Notes: generated by a model from the letters alone, not told the origin. A DNA stretch of 64,000 nucleotides from Octopus bimaculoides (GCF_001194135.2 NC_068990.1:5162633-5226632); one strand, 5' to 3'. Shown: positions 26,597 to 40,290, counted from the stretch's first letter. A program made the numbers and translations.

Positions 26597-27454
26597 TATA
26601 AAACTGAAAGCTATCCTGTGATGGGGTTCTCCATAGTTCTTATTGATTAAACTCAAGTTGACTCTGATTGAGTAGCCTTATAGCTGAAAGTGTTCTAACT
26701 ATGAACATCCCATCTTTGATCTAGCATCAAGAACTGCATTATCCAATGTCCATGTATATCTTCTTAAATTTCAGGATGGTAGAGTGTAATTTAAGGAATA
26801 TTTAGATGTTATTTCTTGCAAGCCGAATGGCTACATAAAGGCTCTCTCTCACTAGTTTGTTGTTCTCTTGTGTATTAGCTGAAAATATCACAATGAATAT
26901 ATCATACATACATGGCATACATTTATTTCCTCATATTGCTTTTCTCAAACATTTCAAATGGTTTAAAACTCTCACACTCATGAATTAAATATATTTCTCA
27001 TTTGCCATCAGCTGAAAAAAAAATTCAGTCTTCCTGCATATATAATATTTTGAGGGTAATCTTATATGCATAAGACAGAATAGAGTCTTATGATGATTTT
27101 ATATGATGGATATTAATAATTGTTTCTAATATAGGCACAAGGTGTGGAGTTTGGGTAAAGGGGTTAGTCAATTGCATCAACTCAGTACGTGACTAATACT
27201 TAACTTTATTGATGAAATTCATCGTGGGATGAAACTCAAATTTGAACTCTGAATAGAGCAACACAACTTAATACCTCAAGGTACTTTCTCTGATGCTTTG
27301 CTAGTTCAGTCAATTGATTGTCCTTCGATGAATATTCATAATACATTGTTATACTGGTAATTATGTTATGATTAAATATGTTACATTGCTTGGATGTCTA
27401 TTGAGCACCATAGTCCAATTGTCTGTTCTTTGTAGACCATCGTTTAACACTTTT

Positions 27455-27850
27455 GTTGTGCGGCTGTGTGGTAAGAAGCTTCCTTCCCAGCCACATGGTT
27501 CCAGGTTCAGTCCCATGTGTGGCACTTTAGGCAAGTGTGGTCTACTCTATAACCCTGAGCCAAGTGGAGTTGGTTGACACAAACGGAAAGCCTGCCCCCC
27601 CACACACACACACACGTGTGTATGTGTGTGTATGTATATCTTTGTACTTGTGTTTGTCCCCACCACCACTTGATAACTGGTGTTGGTCATTTTACATCAC
27701 CATAATTTAACAGTTTGATGAAAGAGATCAACAGAATAAGTACTAGACTTAAACATAAGTCCTGTGGTCAATTTGTTCAGCAAAAACACTTCAAGGCAGT
27801 GCCCTGGTATATCTGCAGTCCAACGATTCAACCAAGTAGAAGATTTTCTG
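27455..27850 (+). mobile_element. SINE family A
   Basis: GGCTGTGTGGTAAGAAGCTT head through the family 3' end. Confidence 0.8.
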
Positions 27851-27892
27851 CTTATGAATGAAGGGAACTGATTATAAATCAAATCTGTGTAA

Positions 27893-28075
27893 AATTATGA
27901 ATTCATAGACTGGATTATGAATGTGTAGAATGGATAATAAATTCATGGAAAAGATTATGAATTGGGTCTTTTGGATTATGAATACTTTGAATAGATTATG
28001 AATCCATAGAATGGATTAGGAATTCTTAGAGTGGATTATAAATTCATAGAATGGATAATAAATCTATAGAACAGA
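27893..28075. repeat. Degenerate 20-bp minisatellite (consensus ~TGGATTATGAATTCATAGAA, about 9 units)
   Basis: GATTATGAAT/GATAATAAAT recurs at ~20-bp spacing. Confidence 0.85.
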
Positions 28076-29587
28076 TGATGGAACAATTTTGAAGTGCAGG
28101 TGTACAGAAAAAAAATAACCATCATCTATTTTCTAGCAACAAAGACTGGAAGAACATAGTGAGGCACCAGTGTAATGATGTAGAAGTTAAATCTATAAAC
28201 CCAAAGGATGCAACAACTACTAGTTATTGAGTTAATCTACATAGAATTCAGACTGTTTTACATATCCTATCCAGCAAGTTAGGAATGTTAGAGACTGAAT
28301 ATAAAACTAATTTAAACATTCCAGTCATGAATGTACACACAAACACATGCATGTGTATGCACAGATAGACATTACACATTCACACACACACTGCATGCAT
28401 AAACACACACACACACACACATGTACAAATATACATGTCATTTGTATTGGTAGTAGTAGCTGTGTAGTGAATACAAGACATTGGACATTTCTGTACTTGA
28501 ACTCTAGTTATATGTTGGTTTCACTGCTTGTTTGTTTTTTTTTTCTCGTTTTCTTTTTTGTTTTGGCATATTTATGATTACATTTTTCTGGGCATCCTTT
28601 ATTTGTAAGACAGTAAAATGTTATTCAACTGACATGTGGCTACTATTTCTGGCAGGTTTAGTGACTATGTAGATACTCCACATTGGGCCATTAAATTTTG
28701 GTATTTGCTACTAGTGATTTTAATGGAGGATAGATCAGATCTAATAATGTTTTATATATAAATAGAAAAGAAAAAACCTTGTGATGATATTGAGTAATGT
28801 TTCTAAAAAATTTTTATGAAACTGAAGAACATTTTAACTGAATAATTATAAGTCATGATATTACAAATACAAGAAACTAGATTAGATTCTTGGTTAAAAT
28901 ATTCATGAAGAAATGTTTTTCCTATTTTTTCAAGAAGTGATTTACAATTCTTAAGGCGCATGTGATATAAGGATTTGATAAATTTAGTTAATAATAACAT
29001 ATGAAACCAATAGCGAAAACATATTTTGACTTTTATGAATATTGATTGGAAACTGAATAAAGCAAATGAGAAGTGATTGGTTTCCAAGTTTCTCTAACAT
29101 AACTCTGCAATATAGTCAGTTCTTAAATCAAATGTTGTAGAAATTGAGTGTTTACTTTCCTTGATGAAAGATTAGTAATGAGGTTTAGTCAGCAATCAGG
29201 GATGAAATAACCTTCAAGGTTGACTGCATATGTATTTAAAGATGGAATGTGATGAGTCAAATAATGATAGAATGGATATAAAAAGTATTAAGGTGCAGAA
29301 GCTAGAATAGTAATGAGAGAAGACGCCAAGAAATGCAGTTTCAATGGACAAGGAAATGGAAATTATCTGTAAAGATGTTTCTTCACATAAATAGCCAAAG
29401 TACTGTCTTGATAATAATGTCTTAGATATTAATACTACTCTCCCATAGCTCATGAGAGGAATTAAGCAAAGTACTGGAAATAAAAGCATCACATCACCCT
29501 TGATAGAACATTGAATCACCTGCCCCCAAGGTCTCATCTTTGTGTGGTGCGTGAAGTACAAATAGGCTCTGTTGAACCTGTCTATTG

Positions 29588-29790
29588 TCACCACCACCAC
29601 CACCACCACCACCATCATCCTCACCATCATCACCACATGTTTCTCAATCCTGGCATGGAACTGGATGGTTTGATAGTAGCTGGCAATCCAAAAGGTTGTA
29701 TCAAGCTCCATTGTCTGCCTTGGTATGGTTTCTATTGCTTGATGCCCTTTCTAACACTAACTCCTTAACAGAGTGTACTGGGTTCTCTCC
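29588..29790 (-). mobile_element. Diverged (ATG)n-tailed retroposon variant
   Basis: (CAC/CAT)n tract followed by ..GATGCCCTTTCTAACACTAAC..CAGAGTGTACTGGG. Confidence 0.6.
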
Positions 29791-30284
29791 AAATTATTGA
29801 CTACACATCTAAACCCCATGTACCAAGAAATAAGTGAAGCGAAAAGAAACAAGTAAAAATTGAATAGGAAACACATACCAAGAAAGTAAGGGCTTGCCAA
29901 CATATAATGTGCTTATAAGTTTGCAGGTTCGATTTCTAAACTAAGCAGCTTACTGTGTCTTTGAGCAAGGCATTTCATTTCATGCTTCTCCTGCCCATAC
30001 AACGAATGTAATGAGTACCAACCAGGTTGTTGTTGCAGCACTTTCTCCTACCAGTTGTCATACCCATAAAATTCCGTTGGAGTCAAGTGTGAAGTAGATG
30101 AGAGCGTGTCTATGCCTGCTCACAGATATATAGAAACGTAAAACAATAATCAAAAGTATAATACATGTTGACACACCATACTTGCTCATAAGTAACACTT
30201 GATCATATTGTTGTGTTACATTTATTATGAGTTAAGGACATGACATAAGGATTAATTTAAATAGTTGTGAATTCAATAATTATA

Positions 30285-30503
30285 CAAGAGGGTGCTGAAA
30301 AGTTCCTGACTTTGAGAAAAAGAAAATACAGGAGGATCATTTAATTATGATTTTATTTAACATATTCTCCTCTCAGATTCACACACTTATTGCAACAGTC
30401 CTTCAGTTTTTCTAAGCCCTGTAAAAGAACTTAGAAGTTTGGGCCCCTTCAACCAGGCCTTTTGGGATACTCTTAAAACTAGGAACTTTTCAGCACCCTC
30501 TTA
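30285..30503. mobile_element. Mariner-type MITE
   Basis: TIRs AAGAGGGTGCTGAAAAGTTCCT / AGGAACTTTTCAGCACCCTCTT, TA-rich flanks; second copy in opposite orientation at 44776-44994. Confidence 0.9.
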
Positions 30504-30760
30504 TACAATTATGCTACAGCTAATGTGGGTTTGTCAAGTATTTATATTAATCTATAATATCTAATTAATGTTTAAGGGCCTGAGCCAGCAAGAATTAGAT
30601 CTTTCTGCTAGAGATGCAGCTAGAACCAGTAATAAGACTTAAATTGTCAACCCCTCATTTAGTATACAAATGAAACAACCAACAGTAGTTAGCAGCTGTA
30701 AGATGACCCTCAATAAACTATCATCAAAATTTAAGGATCTCAGTGTATGAGGAAGACAGT

Positions 30761-31143
30761 TGTTGTTGGCACTCCGTCGCTTACGACGTCGAGGGTTCCA
30801 GTTGATCCGATCAACGGAACAGCCTGCTCATGAAATTAACGTGCAAGTGGCTGAGCACTCCACACACACGTGTACCCTTAACGTAGTTCTCGGGGATATT
30901 CAGCGTGACACAGTGTGACAAGGCTGACCCTTTGAATTACAGGCACAACAGAAACAGGAAGTAAGAGTGAGAGAAAGTTGTGGTGAAAGAGTACAGCAGG
31001 GTTCGCCACCATCCCCTGCCAGAGCCTCATGGAGCTTTAGGTGTTTTCGCTCAATAAACACTCACAATGCCCAGTCTGGGAATTGAAACCGCGATCCTAT
31101 GACCGCGAGTCCGCTGCCCTAACCACTGGGCCATTGCACCTCC
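30761..31143 (-). mobile_element. Young full-length tRNA-derived SINE with (CAA)n tail and 12-bp TSD
   Basis: Head GGAGGTGCAATGGCCCAGTGGTTAGGGCAGCGGACTCGCGGTC..GGTTTCAATTCCC; TSD GAGGAAGACAGT at 30749-30760 and 31144-31155. Confidence 0.92.
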
Positions 31144-32863
31144 GAGGAAGACAGTACAAGTGGATGAATTAAACAGGATTCTAAACAATGATAATTGGGG
31201 TGGCTATAAACAGAACAGGGGACAACTTGTTGCTGTAATCTTGTGATATTATTGTAAAATTGACTTTCTATTGTCTTTTAATACTGAATTCAAGTCTAAG
31301 ATAACTTGGATAAAAATAGATTTCCCTAAATTGACTTGCTTTAGATACATTGCATCAAGATGTAATCTTTGGTTGGACCAAGTAGAGTGTCTGTTTCTTG
31401 AGTGGCAGATTTAATTCAACACCTGGTTTAATGCCATCATCTGACCCTTTAATGCCATTAAATAGTCCACCCTGTTGCTGGTATTCGATTGTGTCTTCCA
31501 TTTGAGGATAATTTGATATGTTAGTAAACCGATTCCTACTTTAGCAACCTATGGGTCACAGCTTCTTGATCTCTTTGCTTGGTAAGTTCAGAGGCCTTGC
31601 AGAAAGGTCACAGACACTTCTTTCATACCTCTGACTGATGGTGGGGATAATAATAATAATAATAATGATGATGATAATAATAATAATAATAATATTAATA
31701 AAATCCAGACAGTAGTATTTCATGCATTGGCACATTAATCTATTGTCTGGTTTGAATACTCTCATATTTATAACTTTTTTGTTTTTCTTGTTTTATTTCT
31801 AATAACTTATTGAGAGGCAAACTCATTGTATTGAATTCACTGCTACTCTGACAGTTGTACAAAATCAGAAGTGTTTAACTTGAAAATTTACATAGCATCC
31901 ACTGTCTAACTGGAACATCTATATTTTTCCCATTCTTACTTGTGGAGAAGAATTTTCTGTTTGGAACACACATATGCAATCATGTTTGTCAATTATATTC
32001 ATATATATTAGAGTTCTCATAAATATGTAACTATATTCTTACTATATTGTATACAGTTTTAGTATTGTTATGAGAAGAAGAAAAAATTGGCATTATTGAA
32101 TGAAAAGGAAAAAAATCAACATCTTTTCAGCATTTCTTCAAATTATGTTCGATTTATTGATTAAATTATTGATAAGATTTGTTCCATTAAAAGTGAAGAA
32201 TATTTTGTAGTTTCATAAGTTTGGTGATACTTTTCATAAAATTTTACTATATATGAAATAAAATACACTATAAAAAAAAACAACAAAAAAACAGGAATTT
32301 GTATTAAGTTTATAGCATGGAAAAATAACATTTGAAATAACAATTTTGTAGGAAAAGTGGGGTGCAAAATAAAGTATACCTAATTTCAGGATGTTGAATT
32401 TTTTTCCCAAACTAAATATTAACAACTAATAACAGTAAATAACACTCCTGTCCATCTATCACAAAACCCAATATCTTGTATGAAATCAAAAACATCAGTA
32501 CTGTTACTGTAATAGTACTGGCATTAAATCAATGTCACTTGTTCCTTTTCATACCACTGCATTAATATTTCTGAGATTCATTTAAAGGTGAGGTTTGAAT
32601 TAACTTTCAAGAGACAAATGTTCACATCCCACTATATATATGCTCTCAAATAATCTAGCTCTCAAATAATCCAGCTTATCTTGCTGTGTACATAGATACC
32701 AGGGAGTGAATGAATTGTATATTTTAGTTATTATTATCAATCCTATTCACACTTGGGAAATAAAGCTTCAGTGATCTAATATTTTTTAGACTAGACTCTA
32801 GCAAACTTTTGAGCCTTACACCATGTAAAATCATTTCTCTCAACTCACCTTCAACTGTTGTGG

Positions 32864-33120
32864 AGGCACAAGGCTTAGTGGTTAGGGTGTTGGAGTCATG
32901 ATTGTAAGATTGTGGCTTCAATTCCTGGACTGGCGACATGTTCTTGAGCAAAACACCTCGTTTCACATTGCTCCTGTCCACTCAGCTAGCAAAAATGAAT
33001 AATCCTGTGGCAGATCAGCATCCTGTTCAGGTGGAGAATTTATACGCTGTGGAAACCAGCAAAGTGGCCCTTATAAGTTAGTATGGCTTGAGAAGGAATC
33101 TTACTTTACCTTTACTTTTA
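32864..33120 (+). mobile_element. SINE family D, full length
   Basis: GGAGGCACAAGGCTTAGTGGTTAGGGTGTTGGAGTCATG head; (CTTTAC)-type tail. Confidence 0.85.
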
Positions 33121-33129
33121 ACTGTTCAA

Positions 33130-33390
33130 AGACAGATGTTCTTTGACCATTCAGGATTTTGCTTCCTGGTGGTCTCCATCTTAATGCTACCTCTGGCATC
33201 TTGTTTCGGTTCATTCCAAGTGAATGACCTAGGCATCTTAGTTGGCAATATTGCCATCAGTTTTTCAGGAGGACTCCCCGCTCGACATTTTGTTGGACCA
33301 GAAGGTTTGCCATATTTTCATCTGTCACCCATTAGGGAAAATATTGATCTTCTTCAGGTTCAGTTTTACCACACATCAGCATTCTGAGGC
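33130..33390 (-). mobile_element. LINE 3' relic (RTE-like)
   Basis: FWSNKMS..QLRCLGHSLGMNRNKMPEVALRWRPPG, frameshifted. Confidence 0.55.
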
Positions 33391-33429
33391 ATACATTAGA
33401 TCTGGCTTAATGTTACTGTTATAGAGTTT

Positions 33430-33600
33430 AAGTCAGCAAGCTGGCAGAATTCTTACCATGCCAGGCAAAATGCTTAGTCATTTTTCGTCCATCTCTATTT
33501 TCTGAATTCAAATTCTGCTAAGGTTAACTTTACATTTCATCCTTTCAGGGTTGATAAAATAAGTATCAGTTGAATGCAGGGATCGATATAACTGATCCAC
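33430..33600 (+). mobile_element. SINE family B
   Basis: AGCTGGCAGAATTCTTACCATGCCAGGCAAAATGCTTAG..CTTTCAGGGTTGATAAAATAAGTATCAG. Confidence 0.75.
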
Positions 33601-33644
33601 CTGTTGGCAATTTCTTTTCCTTCTTTGAACTTTTCCCTTTCTCC

Positions 33645-33677
33645 TTTCTGACAAAGAGCTATGCTTGAAATGTCAAA
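33645..33677 (+). ncRNA. CpG-decayed minimal hammerhead motif (extra-A family)
   Basis: TTT CTGACAA A GAGC TAT GCTT GAAAT GTC AAA; three CpG reversions give CUGACGA-A-GAGC/GCUC-GAAAC-GUC. Confidence 0.5.
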
Positions 33678-33796
33678 CTCTTTATTTTAACTGAGCATCA
33701 AGCTAATACATTCCTTGTGCATGTCTTCTTGCCTGTTAATTTTATTATTCTTTTTTTTTTAATTGATTGTTGTTTATTTGAATTGACTATATTTAT

Positions 33797-33839
<43 letters not shown>

Positions 33840-33849
33840 AACATGCATA

Positions 33850-34025
33850 AATGCATGTGTGTTCAAGTCTTCCACACAGTTTTCATCAACCAAATTCACT
33901 CACAAGACATTGGTTGGTTAACAGGGATATAGACGAAGTCACTTGCCCAAGGTGGCACATATTGAGACTGAACTCGAAACCATGTGATTGCAAAGTGAAC
34001 TTCTTAATCACACAGTCATGCCTGT
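33850..34025 (-). mobile_element. SINE family A, 5' half
   Basis: CACTTGCCCAAGGTGGCAC..GAACTCGAAACCATGTG..CACACAGTCATGCC. Confidence 0.7.
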
Positions 34026-34597
34026 GCCTGTGTTTTCAGTTTTTGTGGGACCTTCTGGTACAATTTTTCACAAAGGGCTACCAGAGTTTTAATAAGTTAG
34101 GGCATTCATTCAATCTAAAAATAGAAGTGAGTGTTAGTATATATGATAGTTGGAGAACACAAGTGAAAGAGTGTGTTCATATTTATAGTGTTATCTAATA
34201 TATTCACCAGAAGTTACTGTACTGGTTATGATATGTAGTATGAGTATAAAATGAATGCTGAGAGGGGATAATTGCCATGTGCTGAGAGTGTGAAGTGCAA
34301 TGCTAGAAAAAGATTAAGGAAGACATTAGTTAAATCAAGGAACAGAATATTGGACTGCAATGATTAGGTAATAATGAATTGAGAGAAGTAATTTTATGCT
34401 ATACTACAGTTTGATTTTTGATAAATAACATCTAAATCTCTTTCAAATCCCATCCTACCATCTTAAAAAAAAAAAAGGATCAATGTGGTCTTAGATACAA
34501 CATGCTTAAATAAAAGTCAGGATGGTCATGGCAGGAATCTTTTGTTCATTAATTTATTCAATAACAATAACAACAACAACAAAAGACACAGACATAA

Positions 34598-34647
<50 letters not shown>

Positions 34648-35520
34648 ATGGAAAGAGAAGGAGAGAGGAAGAGAAGCAATTACTAGCAAAAGTACAGAAA
34701 TGATTCACAGAGTGGAAAACCATGTTCTGGAAGCTGAAAGAAGAATTAACTTTCCAATCTTATTATCAATGTTCATACCATTTCTCATTTCATGGGGATT
34801 AGGAAGGTTTAGACAAAGTTAATAGACAAGAAGAGGCCGGAGATAGACAGGGTAAAGGAAATGGATCCAAACTCAATTGATATAATATATTTCTATTTCA
34901 ATCTCATTTATTCAGCAATTATCTTATAACAAAGATATGTGACCCTGTGAACTGAGTCCAGATATACACCTACAGTCAGTCAGGTGATATATCGATATTT
35001 CAGATCCGTCATGTATAAAATGGGTGAGCTTTGTCAATGATAAAAGTCATGATTCCTGAGAAAATCAAAGAGGCTCTTTCCTATGCAATAATATTTAAAG
35101 GTTTTCACTTATTGTTTAATCAAAGGGCCAATGAATAGTATCATTTCACCTCTACAGTTAGATGGAAGGAATCATTAAAAGTTAAGTATCTTAGTCATGA
35201 ACATATCCTTTTGCAGCACTGCTTACATGCTATGAACTAGCAATCTCTGGCTAGTTGCTGTGTAACCTATCAGTTCTAAATAATAAGTAGTGTCAGTTCC
35301 TTAACTTTTCATGATTGGATGTAATCATCAAGGGCAGTTTAGCTTCATTGAATTCAAGGAATTAGAAAAAGGGAATAATTATATTCAAGTCATGTCTTTT
35401 CCAAAAGCATTTGGGAATCTTTTGAAATGAAATAGTTACAATTCATGATCAAACTTAGGATTAAGACATGGTTCATAAGAAACTTGTCTTGTAGAGTAAG
35501 ACACTTGTGCTTTGTAAATA

Positions 35521-36418
35521 TGAGGTGGTATCAAAACGTTCTCAGACTAGTTCTGTAGTGTGCCAACAGATGGCAGCACATGGTTGTGTGCATAGTGGAA
35601 ACTAGCAGTGACCTTCATGAGGCAGTGTGCTGAGTGACATCACTGTTTACTTCGCAAGTTGTGAAATTTGTGATCATGTGTGTGCTGTAATTTGTGATTT
35701 TGTCATGGACAGGAAATTGGAACAAAGAGCCAACATGAAATATTGCGTTAAAGGGAAGTCTGCTACAGAGACATTGAGCACGCTTTGGCAAGCTTACAGC
35801 GACAAGGCAATGAGTCGTACACAATGTTTTGAGTGGCATGGGCACTTCAAGCATGGAAGAATAACCCTGGAAGACAATGAGTGATCAGGATGACCTGCCA
35901 CAAGCATCAACACCAGGAATGAAGTATTGTGCGATGATACTTTGTCCCCCAGAGCCAGACCATCAGTCAAGAGTTCTACTGTGACATTTTGAAACCTTTG
36001 GTGAAAGAATGCAAAGAATTGGATTCTTCCCAATGCCAATGGACCCAGTCACTGAGTTCTCCTCACTCGGGAGTTTCTCACCAAAAGCAACATGGTATCA
36101 CTTCTGCACCCACCCTATTCACCAGATTTAGCACTTGCAGACTTCCATCTCTTCAAGATGAAAATGCAGCTCAAAGATCATCGTTTTAACACCATTATTG
36201 AGATCCAGACCACATCACAGACGGTCCTTGACTCGCTTACAGAAAATGATTTCCAGGCCAGATTCCAAAAGTGGCAGGAATGCTGGGACCAGTGTATTGC
36301 TGCACAAGGTGACTATTTCAAAGAAGATGACGTCAAAGAAGATAATGTTAAAACTTAGGTAAATAAGCTATTTTTTTATTAAACCTAACTAGTCCAGGAA
36401 CGTTTTGATACCACCTCC
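35521..36418 (+). mobile_element. Internally deleted mariner element with both TIRs
   Basis: Left GAGGTGGTATCAAAACGTTCTCAGACTAGTT, right AACTAGTCCAGGAACGTTTTGATACCACCTC, TA flanks; MDRKLEQRANMKYCVKGKSATET..CFEWHGHFK and HPPYSPDLALADFHLF..FQKWQECWDQCIAAQGDYF; catalytic middle missing. Confidence 0.93.
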
Positions 36419-36447
36419 TATACTAAAATGTAATTTGATTTAATTTC

Positions 36448-36830
36448 AGGTATGGCTGTGTGATAAGGAGCTTGCTTCCCAATCACATGGTTCTGGGTTC
36501 AGTTCTACAGAGTGGTACTTTGGGCAAGTGTCTTCCACTGTAGCCTTGAGCTGACTAAAGCCTTGTGAGTTGATTTGGTAGACAGAAACTTAACACAGTC
36601 CATCATACACATGTATGTATATACATATATATATATATTTATGTGTGTATGTTTCTTTGTGTCTGTGTTTGTCCCTCATCACTGCATAACAACTGGTGCT
36701 GGTGAGTCTTAAGTCCCAGTAACTTAGCAAAAATGACCAATAGAATGAGTACTGGGCTCAAAAGAATGTAAATCATTCAACTAAAATTCTTCGAGGCAGT
36801 GACCCAGCAACTGATAGATAAAAGATAAAG
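36448..36830 (+). mobile_element. SINE family A
   Basis: Head, core and 3' part present. Confidence 0.8.
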
Positions 36831-37004
36831 CAATGAGGTGGTGCAATGACTGTGACAATAATGTACTAGAATTATAGCCACAAGATCGTTTATCCAAATA
36901 CTATTACAGCCAGTGTGTTGTACCAATGAACAAGGCACGTGATTGCTTACTCATGTTTGCTAGATTGATATCCTATCCTACTTCAATAATTAAGTTGCTG
37001 TGAA

Positions 37005-37235
37005 AGTGCATGGTTTAGTGGTTAGGATATTTAATGCCTGATCTTAAGATTGTGGTTTCGATTCATGGACTGGGTGACTCATTGTGTTCTTGAGCAAAAC
37101 ACTTCATTTCACATTACTCCAGTCCACTCAGCTGGCAAAAATGAGTAATCCAGGTAGGAAATATATATACCATGGAAACCAGGAAACCAGCCCTTATGAG
37201 TCTGCATGACTCAAGAAGGTAACTTTACTTTACCT
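37005..37235 (+). mobile_element. SINE family D
   Basis: Aligns with 32864-33120. Confidence 0.8.
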
Positions 37236-38894
37236 AAGTTAAGTTGTTATTATTAAGCTCCTGATTATCTATGATCAAGCAGACATATGATCCATGATGT
37301 ACCTGCTACAGCCATATTGCTCCTTGTGGGCAGTGCACTCAAGGCAATGTTAGCCAATGTGATAATAAGGTCTTTTTATTGTATTTGAAATGTTAAGATG
37401 TAATTTGAGTGTAATTTGGTTGCTGTATTTAGCATGGCAAGCAGCCATGCAAAGACTCAACTGTTCAGTGTTTATAACAGGAAGTGAGTGCATCCACCTG
37501 TGAAAGTGTTTGCTATGACATCCCACTCCCGTCACCAAAGCAGACATTGGAAAATGGATATAAACAGTGTTAAATTAATTGTTTTGTTTGCAAATAATAA
37601 ATTGTGTAACACTATATTTTTTTAACAAGAATATCAAATAAAAATAGTGTGTGTGTGTGCATGCACGTGTGTGTGTGTGCATGCACGTGTGTGTGTGTGT
37701 TGACATCCTGTAGGTTAATCATTTGTTTTATCTCTAAGATAGTGAGTTTGTCTGTATGCAAGTGTGTGTGCTATGCTAAAAGGAAAATAAAGTTAGCTAT
37801 GCAGTAAATAGCTTTCTTTTGATCTTTCAGCTTTGTTGTTGTTAACAAAATTGGAAATTTTAATATCTATGTTGAAGTATTTATTTAATATTATCAAGTG
37901 AGTCGTAATGTCTAAATTTGAATAATTTAAAAGTTCTGGTCAATGAGTTGAAATTCTGTTACAAGAATTGTGCTCTTATATAAGCTATATATAACTCATG
38001 CAATCCATCGCTGCTTAACATTTACCAAAACTTTAATGTTTTGGTTTCAAAAATGCTGTGAGCTATCAAAATACAAATTCTAAAACTGAAATTACATTGT
38101 ACTGTAATATTTTGTATTTTGTTTTGTCTATCTATGCTCTAAGATCAAATCCTACTGAAGGCAATTTTTATCCATCTGAAGTCAATAAATGAAGTATCAA
38201 TAATATGCTATGAAGCCTCTCTTGTTCTCTTCAAGGGAAAAGACACTGAGTTTGAAAAACGTAAATTTCCTATTGGAAAGTAGTTGTGCAAATGAAATAA
38301 AATAACTACAAACGAAAATCAAAGCTTCTTCAGAGACTCAATTTGACAGCAGCTTATCCTTAGTTCTATCTTAGCTGCCATATCAGTGAAACAAGGTTTT
38401 TAATGCTACAATACCAATGTGTGCAGTAAAAAAAATTAGTTATTGGTCTTTGTCAGGTTATATAAGAGCGAGTAGTATGTTTGATCTAAAAGATTAAATG
38501 TTTCTTGTATACATCATACGTATATATATCACCTTTGAAATCCGTGTTGCTTATTTTTTTATTTTGATCACCTATCCTTTTGGAATACGATATTCGGGTG
38601 CCTACGCATAAGTACCATATTCAACCTTGAATCTATATATATATGTATGTATATATATATATGTATATATATGTATATATATGTGTGTGTGTGTATACAT
38701 ATATATATTTGTATGTATGTATGTATATATATATACAAATGTGTGTGTGTGTGTGTGTGCACAGGGTGTTTGGGACTGAATTTGAGCATATTTTATGTTT
38801 CGTTTTTTGGGCGGAGAACAGCTAGAAGTATTGGTGAACATACTGGCGTCAGAAAGCATAAAGATTAAAGTTGTAGTTGAGAAAAAGTTAGCAG

Positions 38895-39240
38895 ACATGA
38901 GACCTTCTCAATATTGGTAAAGAGTTTCCTGTATCATGATGATTCATGCCGGACATCAAAATAGCAACATCATAACTGCTGTTCAATGCTCTGTGAACAA
39001 TGTAAAGGCTGTAAGATCTGACATAGACAGGTCCTACTGATACTACAAAGCTGTGGCCAGCAGGAAGGGCCACAGCAGGAAGGGCCACAGCAGGAAGGGC
39101 CACAGCAGGAAGGGCCACAGCAGGAAGGGCCACAGCAGGAAGGGCCACAGCAGGAAGGGCCACAGCAGGAAGGGCCACAGCAGGAAGGGCCACAGCAGGC
39201 ATTCTGACTCTGTCCACAACCTAAAATTCATCCTTACATC
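38895..39240 (+). mobile_element. Possible Tc1/mariner-type transposase N-terminal relic
   Basis: MIHAGHQNSNIITAVQCSVNNVKAVRSD..YKAVASRKGHSRHSDSVHNLKFI; assignment from resemblance only. Confidence 0.4.
39058..39199. repeat. Perfect 15-bp minisatellite (CAGCAGGAAGGGCCA)x9 plus 7 nt
   Basis: Counted directly; no mismatches. Confidence 0.97.
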
Positions 39241-39809
39241 TTTGAACACGGCATTAGACTCAGTTACAATGGCTCTGTGATGCTGCATATACTAGATTCT
39301 GAAGCCATCTTGAAGTCACAGTGAAAGCTGAGGGTGGCTGCTTTGATTAAATTGTTATCTCCCAGACATAATCTTGTGGATATTGTTTGATTTAAAAAAA
39401 TACTTTTATTTTTAGATCGGATATATTTTCATTTCCTTTTCATAATCATCATCATTATCATTTAATGTCCTCCTTTCATACTAGAATGGGTTGAATAGTT
39501 TGACAGGAATTGGCAAGTCAGAAGTATGTACCAAGCCCTACTTCTTCTTATGTGTCAATAGCTTGCTCTGGGTAGACAGCAGGGAATTTCTCAGGCCCTT
39601 TCATTCCATGCTTAGCTTCCACATATGAAAATTCCTCTCTAATTCTACTAAAAATTCAGCTATAAGAACAAGATCATCAGCACAGAAGAGCTCCCCTAGG
39701 TAGGGCAGCCAGTTTTAAATTTCTCTCTTATGGCCTGCAGGACTATGATAAACAAGAGGGAACGAAGAACCAATCCTTGATGAACTTTTACCTGCACACT
39801 AAATTCAGT

Positions 39810-40290
39810 GCTACCCTCATTGCTGACTTTCACCTTACAGCCTATATCCCTGTATGGGGTTTGGACAACTCTCACCAGTCACTCATCTAGCCCTTGCTTC
39901 TACAGTGACCACCAGATGAGGGAGTGGTTGACCCTGACAAAGACCTCCATGCTGACAAATGTCAAGTACAACAGTTTATTTTTGGCAAAATGCTTCTCCT
40001 GCAGTTGCCTTACTAGGAAGATAATATCAGTAGTACTTCTTTTAGGCACAAAACCAAATTGCACCTCATCTAGGTTAGCTCTCTTCCTAATTAGCTGAGC
40101 TATGGCCCTTTCTGTAACTTTCATGACCAGGTCTGGCAATTTGATAACTCTGTAACCACTTGTGACTAAGGCATCTCTATTAGCTTTGTAGTGGTTGACA
40201 ATAATGCTGTGACACCAACCATTGAGTATGATCTCTTCTTGGTTAACCTGATTAATGATATGTGTGACTAAGCCATGTCCCAATCCACTG
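39810..40290 (-). mobile_element. RTE-type LINE reverse-transcriptase fragment
   Basis: YRVIKLPDLVMKVTERAI..QFGFVPKRSTTDIIFLVRQLQEKH..LIWWSL*KQGLDEWLVRVVQ. Confidence 0.88.

Noticed and set aside
29214-29520. 165-aa minus ORF; possible L1/Tx1-like relic
   Set aside because: The ORF length is inflated by a trinucleotide tract, and the similarity (MSYGRVVLISKTLLSR) is too weak to call.
30761-31143. tRNA-like heads here and in the other SINEs as tRNA genes
   Set aside because: They continue into SINE bodies with tails and TSDs and do not close a full cloverleaf.
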